From contig OZ286462.1 of NCBI GenBank assembly GCA_965644265.1, forward strand, positions 25,544,001-25,608,000: 64,000 nucleotides of DNA, written 5' to 3'. This document shows positions 12,971-25,400 of the stretch, piece by piece. A program made the position numbers and the translations under genes. Position 1 is the stretch's first letter; each line of letters opens with the position of its first letter. The notes beneath the pieces are model-generated. The model made no database searches and was not told the DNA's origin. It saw only the letters and a program-made list of their open reading frames with translations. The stretch comes from Glycera tridactyla. Its lineage: Eukaryota.

Positions 12971-15116
12971 AGTAGTCATACATTTCGTCTTATAATTATG
13001 GTTATTGTATCCCTCAAAGTTGACATATGAATACGAGATAGTTGCCATGATCTATAATTTGCATCAGTAAAGATGCATGAATAAAGGAAGAGGATGGTAA
13101 AACCCACCATTTGAGATTCGATAAAATTTGTGTATTTTCAAGAAGAGATGCAAATGATAGAGATTCTTGGATGATGCAGGGGGATTGCACGCCAGCGGGT
13201 GTGTGCCATTGTCAAAAGAAAAGCACACCTTGATTTATCGAGCTGTAAATGATGGCAATGCACGTGAAGTAGTGAGGCATGAGTTGAGAGTTGGTTTTAT
13301 GTCAGAGGAGTTATATTGTACCATTAACATGATGTATGGTCGAGAAGGCAAACTTGGCACTCACTGCCGCAATACAAAGACAGGCCTCTCTGATATGCCG
13401 CCTTCTATATTGGAGTTTTTTACGTCATATATTTTCTCTCGACAATTTCCGGATTGCCTATGGTGGTGTGGCTTCTGTTGAATGGCTCCTAGCTCGCTCC
13501 GTTTCTATCTGAGTACATAGAAATTAATGATGCTCAAATTGATGATAGACGTTCTGCCGCCATCTGTGATTCGAATACGTAGTAAAAACTTGCACCTTCT
13601 GAAGCTAGAAATAGGAGTCCTTTGTAGAGATGTAATTCATACAGTCGAAGGTGATGATTCACAGTCTTTCATTGATCATGAGCTCACTTGACTTTGCAAT
13701 TATATTCCAATGTATGACTGTTCAAGCGGGAACCTTTCTGACTTATTTGATGGAAGCACACTCTGAAATCTCGAATCACCACCATTGGCCCATTTCGCAC
13801 TTGGGAGTCTTGGAGTGGTAGGGTCCAATGCATAACACACCTACACCCCCCCCCCCCACACACACATATTGTGCCTTAACAAACACACATACAGGTGCCT
13901 CCCATTTGAAAAGACTAAATGCTTTGGATCTGCGTTCAGATGCTAATAAGAATAGAATGTGCATTTTGGTAGTTATGGCCAACCATCGAAGCAGAGTCCC
14001 TCCCCAATTACAAAGTGAATTAATGATTGAACAACTAAATCGTCCTCGCCGAACTTGCTACCATCATGGTTGCAATATTTGATTCCATACTTGTGACATT
14101 GACGCATCTACTTTGATCTTCACTCTGATTTCGAGGCATTCGGATGCCTGGGGATAGGACCTATGGTGTTGGAATGGGATTACACTCTCTGTAGAATAAT
14201 CATATCAAATGTAGAGCACTACGTCTCAAATATCCATGCCTCAGAGGAGATGTTGCTCTGGCGTCAATACAGCCCGTGGCCACACTATACATCGCCATAG
14301 CAACGATTTCATTTCTCTGAAAACGAACCTGATACAATTCCCCGAAAAATGTATTGCTCCCAGGTCATGATTGACGTAGGACTGGAAAGATGTCTGTCTG
14401 ACGTGAGCTCTCTTACTCTGAAAATTGTATATAGGTGATATAACTATGTGTGGTTTCTTGTGATCCATATTGAGTATTCCCCACTCGGATACATCTTTCT
14501 GATTCCGATTTTGGGCGTTGTCGAAACATGAACTTCAAGAACTATTGGCTCCTAGTAGGTTGTGTTAAGCTTAAAGCCACGGGAAATGAAGAAAGTGTAT
14601 GCTTAGGGCAAGCTCGTGCTTAGAACAGGGTAATAATAGTGGAAAATACTCTGGCGGGATAAACAAAATCCTGTTGCTTAAGGCAAGTTCTTGCTTAGTA
14701 CATGTTCGACTGTATGTATGAACACTCAGCCGCTTCGGAATGAGAGCGAGAATATGTTGCGAGATGGTCGCTTACAGATATGAAATGATGCTTGAAATCA
14801 TTTCCAAACGTATTGGGCGATTCCACCACGGTTTTAGAGAGATCCCCAAGCAAAGTTCTTTCAGATTTGGCAAAAAATCTCATAATCTCATAATTGTGAA
14901 TATATTTTTTCAGGGACCCAGAATGAGCCTACACATTTCCATAGCTTGGGTGTCTCAATATATCCAAACTTACGCGCATAAGATGGTGAACAACCAACCA
15001 TCCAATCGATTATTGGGTGGATCTCCCATATCATTAGATAGAAGTGTTTTTGCCTACCATAGTCATTTAAGAATCGGAAGGTGCATCTCATAAGTTTATT
15101 ATTTTGATTGTTGCAG

Positions 15117-15153
15117 GTACCACCATGACCTCCTCCCAGAAGACGTAACTGAG
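15117..15153 (+). other. Candidate 37-nt internal exon of an unidentified host gene
   Basis: TTTTGATTGTTGCAG acceptor and GAG|GTAAGT donor. One frame is open (YHHDLLPEDVTE). Confidence 0.3.
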
Positions 15154-17275
15154 GTAAGTAATATATGGACTGTTGCTGATACGTATATGGTTATACTACT
15201 GATACTGCTTCCACCTCTGCAACCAGTATACTACTGCTGCTTTCCCTTTTGATACTGCAACCATGACTTTTGACACGATACCCACTTTCGATTCTGTTGT
15301 TACGTATCGACTGTTATTTCTGTCACTGCATCCTTATTGCATCTGATATGGTGATTATTTTGATAAATTGATGTTGATTATATGAATGATATCTATTGAC
15401 GTAGATGACAACGATGATAATGATCATGATACCAAAAATCTGATATTATTAATGATAGTAATTATCATTATCATGGTTATCTTGATATCATTCTCATCTT
15501 CCATGATGCTTATCCTACAAATGATTATTATCATCATTATTATCATTATCATCATCCTCATCCGCATCGGGAATAATCATCCCAATCTCTATCATTTTGT
15601 GGTAATGGTAACAATTATAACTGTGAAGATGATAACTCCATATATAATCACCATCATAATTGCCATATCAATTCATCAGCATCATAGTCATCATCGTGGT
15701 GTGGGTATGAGAATAAGAGACACCTTCTCTTGTATGAGCCAGGGAGGATATCTACTTGATACACAGGCATATAGACGTCCGCTCTGTGTAATACTAGATC
15801 CAATTAGGGGATAAAAACCGAGTGTGGCTGTGTGTGTACGCCCTGCCATATCTCATGCTGCTCCTTGCTCGCTCGACGTTATGACATGACGCAGCAAAAA
15901 ACAGGAGACAGCGTCTCGCATCACCACGCCGTTATCACGCGATGTCACGACTCAGCGGCGAGATCAGCTCTTCCCATAAATTCTCACACTCCCCAACAAC
16001 ACCACTCTTCACCCTCTACTCACCACCACCCGTTGTTGTTACCTACTCACCGCCATTTTATACTGTCTTTTCATCACCGATTTTTATTATCATTCACTCA
16101 TCCGCATTCTTTATCATCCACTCAGCGCGGTGCTTCCTTATTGCTTCCACCATATGGTTGTTTTTCACATCAAGATCTCAACGTGCTTCTGTGAATACGC
16201 CATGCAAGGTGGTCACACGTATTAGCAACTAATCGAGCAATTCCCACTCATGCACCCTTCATTCTGTCTGTCTGTCTACCTGTCTATCCTTCCGTCCGTC
16301 CGTCCGTCCGTCAGTCTTTCTGTCTGTCCTTCTGTCTGTCTGTCTGTCTCTCGTTATATATAAGTGAATTATCAATGAATGATTAGATAAATAACTAAAT
16401 AAATAACTAAATACACACACACACACACAAATATATATATATATATATATATGTTTGCAAGCCAAATATCACCTCCATTCAAGCATATTAAAAGGTAATC
16501 CCAACGGACGCTAGACACGTTTTTATTGAACGTGATTTTTAAATATGTGGAGCAGAAAATGTGTTGAGTGATGTGTTCATTTACCCGACATCTTTTTCAA
16601 CTATGTACTCTCCATTATATATGCGCTCGCGTTGCGGCGAAACCCAGGAGAATGCTTGGCTATACTTCTCGTGCATACAGTACAACGACCTCTGTTGAGT
16701 ATCATAGTCACCAAGGGCGCATTTAGCAAATATCACGTAGCAGTCTCTCTCTCACTCTCTCTCTTCACTTGGCTTCCATCCGATTTGACCCCGAGACTGT
16801 CTTGAATGACCCAAACGATGTCCACTGCATAGGACAGCTTGTACCGAAGCGACCACTCTGGTCGTGTATATTCCACAAACCTATTCCTGGATTCACTTGG
16901 TCGAATACTGTCGTCCTTCTTTGGAGGCGATTGTTTGATAGATTGCCTGAGTACAGCTTAACATATCTACAAACCAGGATGGATTATATAAGACTAGAGG
17001 GGTGGGCCATTCTTTGAACAAAATTTCTTGACAATACATCAAATTGTCAACATGTATTGCTGGTGTGTTGGATGGCTATTTCACCACTCAGTGAAATAAT
17101 TATTTCATNNNNNNNNNNNNNNNNNNNNNNNNNNNNNNNNNNNNNNNNNNNNNNNNNNNNNNNNNNNNNNNNNNNNNNNNNNNNNNNNNNNNNNNNNNNN
17201 NNNNNNNNNNNNNNNNNNNNNNNNNNNNNNNNNNNNNNNNNNNNNNNNNNNNNNNNNNNNNNNNNNNNNNNNNNN

Positions 17276-17304
17276 TACCACTACCACTACCACTACCACT
17301 ACCA

Positions 17305-17378
<74 letters not shown>
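17276..17378. repeat. (TAC)n/(TACCAC)n microsatellite
   Basis: Directly visible next to a gap. Confidence 0.95.
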
Positions 17379-17499
17379 GGAATATATCCTCTACTCATCG
17401 CGAAATTACCAGCTGGCTCTTTTACATGCTAACAGCATGGATACCCACACACACACACGACCAGCCTTTGATGAACCAGGGTATCTTTAGTTGGAACAT

Positions 17500-17800
17500 C
17501 ATCCTAGAAAAATCGTGCACTTTTATGTGCGAAATTGTTTTTTTTCAAAGGTAGAGTAAATTCGGCTGATAAACAACGTATGTGGATTGCTTTGTATCTC
17601 GGTGGAATATCACAATGGGTGAGTTTTTCCTGATTACTTTGTATTTCAGCATTCCGGCGATGGTAAGATGCGGTAGAGGATGGGTATTTCTGACAGCCTG
17701 CCTTATCGAGTTGAAAGAGGGCCAAGGTTAAAGAGCGCCGTTGTGGCTTGCATGGCAATAAGCTGCTGACAAAAGCCCCTGGTGAGGGATAAGGCATAAA
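17500..17800 (-). pseudogene. Possible decayed LINE ORF2 C-terminal fragment
   Basis: WPSFNSIRQAV...GMLKYKVIRKNSPIVI resembles LGWPSLQxRR..RLxMxYKII. Confidence 0.3.
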
Positions 17801-19714
17801 CTGATAGGTGGCGGGACGTTTATACCCGCCGATAATAGGTTGAGATTCGATAAATCATCGACCAAATCATCGCCCACAATCATAGCATTACATCACGTGA
17901 CAGCCCCCTATACACGTCCACTTCCGGCCTTGGTCTGTTTAGTAGGCATTGAGGGTCGTGCGCATGTCATTGTTCACTTCCGGGACCCCGTCGCCTCATC
18001 TATTGGATGGCTGGAGTGTGTAGTCGGGTCTCCCCTCTTCAAAAATCGATAGGACCAGACCGTCTCCCACCGAGATGTCCCATTTTGAACACAGCGGTAT
18101 TCACGCTTTGGTAAGAAAAAATGCCATCATTTTGTCCAGATTTATCCGACAATTCGAATCGTTTTAACAAATATTCGGTTGATTACACCAACCATGCAAG
18201 GGAGTTGTGGTCACCAATTTCAACCAGGCATATAATTGTGAAGATGGTTTGAAGTTGACAGCTCATAAGTAGACACACTGGTCCAATATTGGACGCTGTC
18301 AGGTGCAGTACCTCACATGGCTAGATATTCCACCCATAGCTTAGCCAACGATTTGTTTGGTGTGTAGAGTTATGTCCGAGCTGTCAACCTGAACACTTGT
18401 CAATCTTCCTGCTTCCTCAAAAGTTGCACTGAATAGTTCAGTCTGAAACACTTCCCACTCCCCCGCATGGACACCCAGACACCCAAATTATCATCCAATT
18501 TATCATCCAGTACTAGTTTACATAGATACCATTTGAGACATCTCTGCTGAATGAAGAATGATATCCACAATGACATATCCATGGCATTCTGTGCCAGATA
18601 TATAAAACAAGGTGCACATAATGGCTGAGATCAGGTCGGTGATTCAGCAGTCTACGGGGCCACGTGACATGGGAATATTTGATGCCATCATCTTGTTGGA
18701 GATTATGCCAAGTTATCCAGGTCATAGCGACATGGGCAGAGATCACATCCTATAGCCCCAGCCATTGCATCAATTCGATGTTATTATTTCGATTGCTGGG
18801 TTGGTTGGACATCATAGGAACTTCATTTCGAGATGATGTGATGTGTTTACCAGAGTAAATACTGAGCCAGAAAGACCTGAATATTCGATATTCCCGCAAG
18901 GAGATGCAGCGAATCGAGCTCTGTTATATTATTTTAATACACCATATAGCCGATGAATGAATGAATCAAGATTATTCAGTATTTGATGGTTTTCACCTGT
19001 GGCCTTTATGCTGGGGCGATAGTGTCACTGACCCTATTACCGGTGATCAAATAAAAAACTGTCTGTCTGTCTTATTACTGAAAACACTTTATAAGGCTTC
19101 ATGGGCCTTCATAAAGTATTATCTGTATCCCCGTCTATTCGTGTGTCCGAGTGTCTGTATCTCTGTCTGTCTGTCTGACGTCTGTCTGTCTGTCCGTGTG
19201 ATGTATGCATGACTGAAAATAAAGTGTTGTCATTCCGTCATGGTGTCATCACGGGCAGCATGACAATATTCCCCGACCAAGCCGCTCGTAGGAAATCTCG
19301 AGGCGCGTATTCCTACATAGAGAGAGACAGCTTTCAGGTTATTTTGGCTACACGTTTCGCCATCACCGATTGGCCAATTGGAGCATTTCAATTCACTGAT
19401 CATCTGATTTGTGGTGCCGATCACTGAAATACACAGCCTTTTTCGAATAGTGTCATTGCTCACATAAGATAGAGCCCTGCTATCCACATGATTCGAACCC
19501 CATGATATCCTTAGGTAGGGTCATCGGGTAAAATGAGACTCCTCCCATTCATCTTCATTCAATCTTGCCTGCATACCAGAGATATGACAGTGAGTATGTC
19601 AAATAGTTGGATGTAGCCACTCATATTGCGGTTGATATGCGTTTGAATTCCTTGAAAAAAGGAAGCTTTATCACTAGTCAAGGAGGTCGATGGGTGGGGA
19701 TTGGCAGGTGAGGG

Positions 19715-20195
19715 TTTGTTTGTTTGTTTGTTTGTTTGAGGCTTAACGGCATGTATCAACCCACAGGATTATGTATGCCGTGTGATCCTGGTTTGTGAAA
19801 GCTAGATGTTCTCTCCCCTGCAGACATCACTCTCACAAACCCTGGACACAAGATGATGGGGAACCTGAAAGGTCGTCAAGTGGAAGTAGCTGACAGTTCA
19901 GATACACCTGTACCTACTCTTCTTGAACAAAGTGAATCTAATGATGGCATACCTAACTATGTAACTGGCTGGAAGCCAACACTCAAGCCTGATAGCAATG
20001 CTTTTTTTTGGCAAAGTGCAGCTCTTGACACGAGGAAAAGCATTAGATTCGGAGAATACTCGACCAATGGGTTCAATTACAAACTGTCAACTTCAAGCCA
20101 GCTTCACAATCATGGTATGCCCTATGCTCGCAGTACAATGCCATCACACAACCTAGTAACCTAGTCGCAGCCCTAGTAACCCAGAACTGGTGTGC
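19715..20195 (-). mobile_element. Dispersed repeat family A, longest copy (~480 bp), (AAAC)n tail
   Basis: Reverse complement matches the copies at 8170-8565 and 52361-52690, including GGTTACTAGG(G)CTGCGACTAGGTTACTAGGT near its 5' part. Confidence 0.8.
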
Positions 20196-20399
20196 CTGTT
20201 ACCCGCTTTTTGCATAGTGACAATATCTGCTACAGGCAAACCGTCAGCTACCTACACCTGAGACCATTTCACTGAAGAGATAAGAAAGAGCTCAGAGGGA
20301 TAGAAAAGGGGTGAAGAGAAAGAAATCTGGTGATAGTGTAATTTTGGTAGAAAATGCCTAAAGAAAGATGATAGAGAATTTTGAAGGTATGTTTTCATT

Positions 20400-20790
20400 C
20401 AACCCCCCCACTCCAAACAACATTGAGAAGAAGAGAAGGGATGATGCTACACCTAGGCCACATCATCCCCGATGGCAACACAGGTGGGGATGGGGTATTA
20501 TGGTGTGTTTCTGACCTACTCTCATTGATTAATACAATAAAGACTGATGCTCATTTTGAGTGAATGATAAAGTATGAAGACAGCGCTTGGCTAAAATCAT
20601 CTTTTATGTGTTCGAGACAGCCGATGAGCAAATCCTCCAAAGTGCGTCTTGATGCTCCTGTCCCATCATATCCGAGGAAACCCACAGCACCGAGCACTGA
20701 CTATTCCGGCTTCCGACACACCTAGATATCGGTTATATAAACTTTCAGTTTATGTATTCAGAGAAAACAGTCTGTCGGCTGCTGAATGGC
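20400..20790 (+). pseudogene. Decayed LINE ORF2 C-terminal fragment
   Basis: PPLQTTLRRREGMMLHLGHII and IRGNPQHRALTIPASDTPRYR resemble WPTLQQRR..RLxMLYKII and TRGHxxKLxIPxxxTxxY of CR1-group ORF2. Confidence 0.45.
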
Positions 20791-21059
20791 GAGTGAGCTC
20801 TGGCAGTCAGCCGAGCTTGCCTTGGTATTGTCACTGCTATTTTGTTTTGCAGCATGCGAGTTTTTATCTGTCAGATTGAAATAGTGGGAGTGTGCATTGA
20901 TAACAGAGGCACATCGGCATCTCATGTAATATACCTGAGTTTTCCTAACAGGGTGTCAGCCATGTAACGCCTCAGCATCGCCATCTGAATTCAAATGTAG
21001 GCTGAGGTTCAGAGTGCATACAAGATGCGAGGTAGGAAGAGAATGAGATGAGATAAATA

Positions 21060-21720
21060 GGTGGATGGATGGATGGATGGATGGATGTGTGGGTGGGTGG
21101 GTGTAGGGATGGATGGATGGANNNNNNNNNNNNNNNNNNNNNNNNNNNNNNNNNNNNNNNNNNNNNNNNNNNNNNNNNNNNNNNNNNNNNNNNNNNNNNN
21201 NNNNNNNNNNNNNNNNNNNNNNNNNNNNNNNNNNNNNNNNNNNNNNNNNNNNNNNNNNNNNNNNNNNNNNNNNNNNNNNNNNNNNNNNNNNNGGGTGTTC
21301 GAGTAAATAGATTGATGGACAGATGGATGTATGGACGGATGTATGGAAGTAAGAATGTATAGATAGTTGGATAGGGAGGGAGAGAAAAAGGTAGGGATAG
21401 AGATGGGGAGATGGTGTAGAGAGGGAGAGAGGGAAGGGAAAGAAAAAGGCGAGAGGCTGAAAGGTCATTGAGGATTGAGAATGGAGTAGGATAAATCAGG
21501 AGAATGACGGAGACTGATAAAAGGACAAATATAAAGCGCGAGAGAGAGAGATAGAGAGAGAGAGAGATAGAGAGAGAGAGAGGGGGAGGGAGAGAAAGAC
21601 AGAGAGGGGGGGGGCAGGACTGTGAGAGGATACGAGGTAGTGGCTCACTCACATTCATATACTCACTCACTTACCTATCCGCTCATTCAATCACTCACTC
21701 TCTCAATCACACCAATCCAA
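21060..21720. repeat. Compound (GGAT)n/(GA)n/(CACT)n low-complexity block
   Basis: Directly visible. A similar block lies at ~28620-28850. Confidence 0.9.
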
Positions 21721-22286
21721 CCACTTATTCACTTGCCTACCTAAGTGTGTCTGAACTTCTATTTGAAGTCCTTCATATTCCACAATATCTTGTGTCTGGG
21801 CTTTGTAAGAGTGGTGCCAACATGAGCCCGAGCATTCAGCTCTCCTGACACAGCATACATAATACGTTGGTAGATTAAATACCATTAGACTTCCATCAAG
21901 CCTCACCCACCCGACTGGCAAATACCTAACACATCTCTGAGATAGGTATTGATTTTCAGCACAGTGGCTATTAGGGTGAGCCCGACTTTGTGGTGCTTAC
22001 TGTAACAAAACCACTATTTGTTGCCTTAACAATGTAAGTAGTGGCTGCCATCAGTTTGTTCAAATCACCCCGGATGCAACTCTCACGCGATCCCTGTGTC
22101 AAATAAGCCTATCTGATCCACCTCGACATGAAAACCTTCCTCAGAAAATTGCTCCTTGAATTAGGCGCAAACAAACACTTCCGACAACCCAAATAGAGAT
22201 TTATATGGAATTCAGTGATATGGCTCAGATTTGCTAGATTTCCAGATGGTAAGGCTGTCATTGTGAGCATTAGGGGATATTCTGTT

Positions 22287-22288
<2 letters not shown>

Positions 22289-22337
<49 letters not shown>
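22289..22337. repeat. (AT)n microsatellite
   Basis: Directly visible. Confidence 0.95.
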
Positions 22338-22340
<3 letters not shown>

Positions 22341-23399
22341 ACTGGTTCAAGTCAAATCCACGCAGGCAGTAGCGAAGGGTGTCTGATGTCATACATCTTG
22401 ATACCAATCAATTTTTTCAACCCATTTTGAAGCCAAGTGGGACACCTCTGAAGGTATGACTTCTTTTGTCTGTTACACTTCTCTGACCGACAATTTTTAC
22501 TTTTCTCCCCAGTGGTTTATATCTACTTCGGGTGAGATGTCTCGGTTGAGCATTCCTGATTATGTGATGGAATAATACGTACGACTCTAGTGATTTTATA
22601 TGTATATGCTTGCGAGAGTACTTTTGTAGTCGGTCTGTGGTCACTTGATATAGCGGCTTTGGTAACCCAAAACCACATAGGGGCTAGATACGAATCAAAA
22701 TTGAAACGCATCCTCGTCAGGCAGGCTTGAGTATGCGTTTGATTTAATGTCATGTAGGCGCCTTATGTGCTATACTGTGACGCCCATACAGTGGGCATGG
22801 GTGGGATCATTCAGGACTCCTCCTCCTGGGTTCCTAGCGGATGGTGAACATTTATGAAATTAACAGACTCTCAAGATGTCATTCCTGATACTTTAATTCC
22901 GTGTCACTCATACTTACATTCGTATCATGAGATGCAGGTAGACGTGATGCTGAAGGCTCACCAATTCCCCTTCACTGACAATTCTGGTCCTTCCCACCTG
23001 TGTTGATGGCGGATAAAGAAAATGCCTTCAGGGTATCAAACAGCAACCTCTAACGCTTCAGTAACGGATAGCTTACACGATTCCATCACTTTAGCCCGGC
23101 CTTTGAAATTGATCAGCACTCATGAAGAGTCTATTTTTGCGGCAAAGATGAAAGGAATACCGACATCGGCACCTTTTTTGACCTTATCTCTTCAAACTGG
23201 GGGAAATCGATGAGGGCAATTCCCTGGTTTAATTTCATAGTGTCCTTGTTTACTCTGACGTCATATTTCGTGATCCCTAGCAATCATGCCGACACAGTTT
23301 TTATCACCAGGCAACAAGCCCTAAAATTGATCTTTTATATTAAAACATCATCAATCATATCTGATCACGCAATATTGTGTGATGTAAATACATAAAAAG

Positions 23400-25050
23400 T
23401 GAAACTAACAAAGTTTAGTCTAATATTGACTCCTCGCCACAAATGATGTCACCCATTTCATGGATTTATTCATGAAGTTCTTCTCGGATACCATCATCAG
23501 CAGTAAATGTCCGACGTGATTTACTGCTACAGTTCATCCAGTCCGTGACTGGTGATTCTGAGAATTTGCGTAACTCTGTAAGCCTGAGGTAATATTGAAC
23601 CCAGTGCATGCTGACTGGGATGTTAAAGGCTGGCCCTATGTATTGGAGTCTGTTACCGTATGCACGTCAAAGAACCACTGCTGTCCTTCGACAAGAGTAG
23701 TGATTTCCCCCGGCAGTGATGGCTCTTTTCACCAACATTTTCGGTATTTCAGCCTAATACAACTCATGAAGGGTGAAAAGACGTTATATCCAAACAGAAA
23801 AACGAACAGCTCTCATGTGAGTTTCGACAAATACCTTTGAATGGCATGCCACTCCAGTCAGTCTGGTCCCAATCCAATACATTGGCGTTAGGAACACCAG
23901 CAGACCCAGTCAGATACTGAGTTGGATATACCATCAATATGTCGGTCCTGTCTGATATTTCTATAGAGATGTGCCTGGACAGACATCTGTTCAATTCGAA
24001 ATCCTTACTGGTTGTCAATCCTAGGTTCAGGGTTTGTGAGGGTGTTGCCTACAGAAGACACAGCATTTCGCCATCGTAGATCAGGGAGATAACATTCACA
24101 ATCTTCTGCTTTGAAAGATGCTATTGATTGCAATGAAAAAAGCAATGAAGTATCTATCAACCCAGCTGGTGAAGTGAAATTCGGCACCTCTTATTTTCAA
24201 GTATGATACCTTGCTTGATTCAATGCAGATTTGTTAAAAAGTGGATGTGTTGAATTCGGAAGGAGGAGGTGTGATTCATAGTGATGTTTCTGTTTAGGAA
24301 ATCCACAACTTTTGGTGGGCTTTGACAGGCTTCATTGAAATTGCATGTCTGGCTTATTAGCAAATCATAGAAAATGAATTCCCAAATTGAATAGCAATGT
24401 TTGCAACACGCACTCCCTTCACGGAATATGGATTGGAATACACGTGTTCAGTCAGACATGCCTTTGTTTCTCAGCAACAGATAGTTAGGTAATCAGCCAA
24501 CCACAAGAGACCAATCGATCTTCTTTGTTTTCCCTGCCGTCTACACTTTTTCTCCCCGACACTAGACAATGTTTTCTGGGAAGTCTGACAAGCTTGCAGC
24601 ATCAATTCTCCATCCTAGGTATATTTCATCGGGTAATTACCTCAATATATACTAGATTGGTTTTTGAATGATGAGCTTCCTGGTGTTCAATTAAGATGTA
24701 CAACTAGTGTAACAGATGAAAACTTTGAACTGATTATTAAAAGGTATATATTCTGAGTAGAAAGGGGATTGATTGCCATCGCGTGAATCATTGAAATCTT
24801 TTATCATACCAAAGGAACATACCTCGAGCTGTCCTATTAGAAATTGTTACAAAACATCAATCAAAGACCTACCAAAATATGCAAATATGAAATCCTCGAA
24901 AGTGAATTAGGTGAGGTGCGGTGGTGAGCCGGAACACTATATTTCACATCGAGAGTATGTATTTTGGCAAACTCGGACATAGTACATATCGTTCCAGGTA
25001 CCAGCAGATTTGAGTCTCAAATCAATCTATTTCAAATAGTCTCAAGTGAT
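23400..25050 (-). pseudogene. Decayed LINE RT region
   Basis: Motif remnants appear in the expected order on the minus strand: KSAG..RV (KAxGPDGI-like), QTD..HSKVFVETH (DFSKAFDKVPH-like) and FTADD (FADD-like). There are many stops and frameshifts. Confidence 0.4.
24010..24065 (+). mobile_element. Family A short fragment
   Basis: GGTTCAGGGTTTGTGAGGGTGTTGCC core. Confidence 0.55.
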
Positions 25051-25129
25051 GGGGACAGTACTATTGCAATTGATACTTGTGTGAATAGATAGGAGCAAAC
25101 AGGTGTGGAGGATGGCCAGACAAATCGCA

Positions 25130-25400
25130 TGAGTTTGCGGGCGTAGATATGAGACACGAACCCCGGGAGGGCGAGAATAGTGTTTATCAACCGATGGTGA
25201 GTCTAGCGTGTTGGGATGCTGCAGCTTCCGGCCCGCCTCGGCGACCTGCTTTACGTCGTGGGCGATTGGCGCTAGGCGAATCCGCCCTCCTGATTGGTCG
25301 CTTCGATCACGTCGTGCTTATGCGCAACGCTGATTGGTCGTATAACAATCAAGTTCAAAGGTCAACTTGCATTGTCGCTCGTTCGATTCTTGCTTCGTTA
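25130..25400. promoter_or_regulatory. CpG-rich promoter-like island
   Basis: Three ATTGG (reverse CCAAT) boxes at 25265, 25293 and 25333, a CCGCCC GC box at 25282, CTTCCGG (ETS) at 25225, and a DR1 AGTTCA-A-AGGTCA at 25352-25364. CpG density is locally high. Confidence 0.5.

Noticed and set aside
19470-19540. tRNA or tRNA-SINE head (GGGTTCGAATC on minus)
   Set aside because: Only a B-box-like motif is present, with no A box or cloverleaf.
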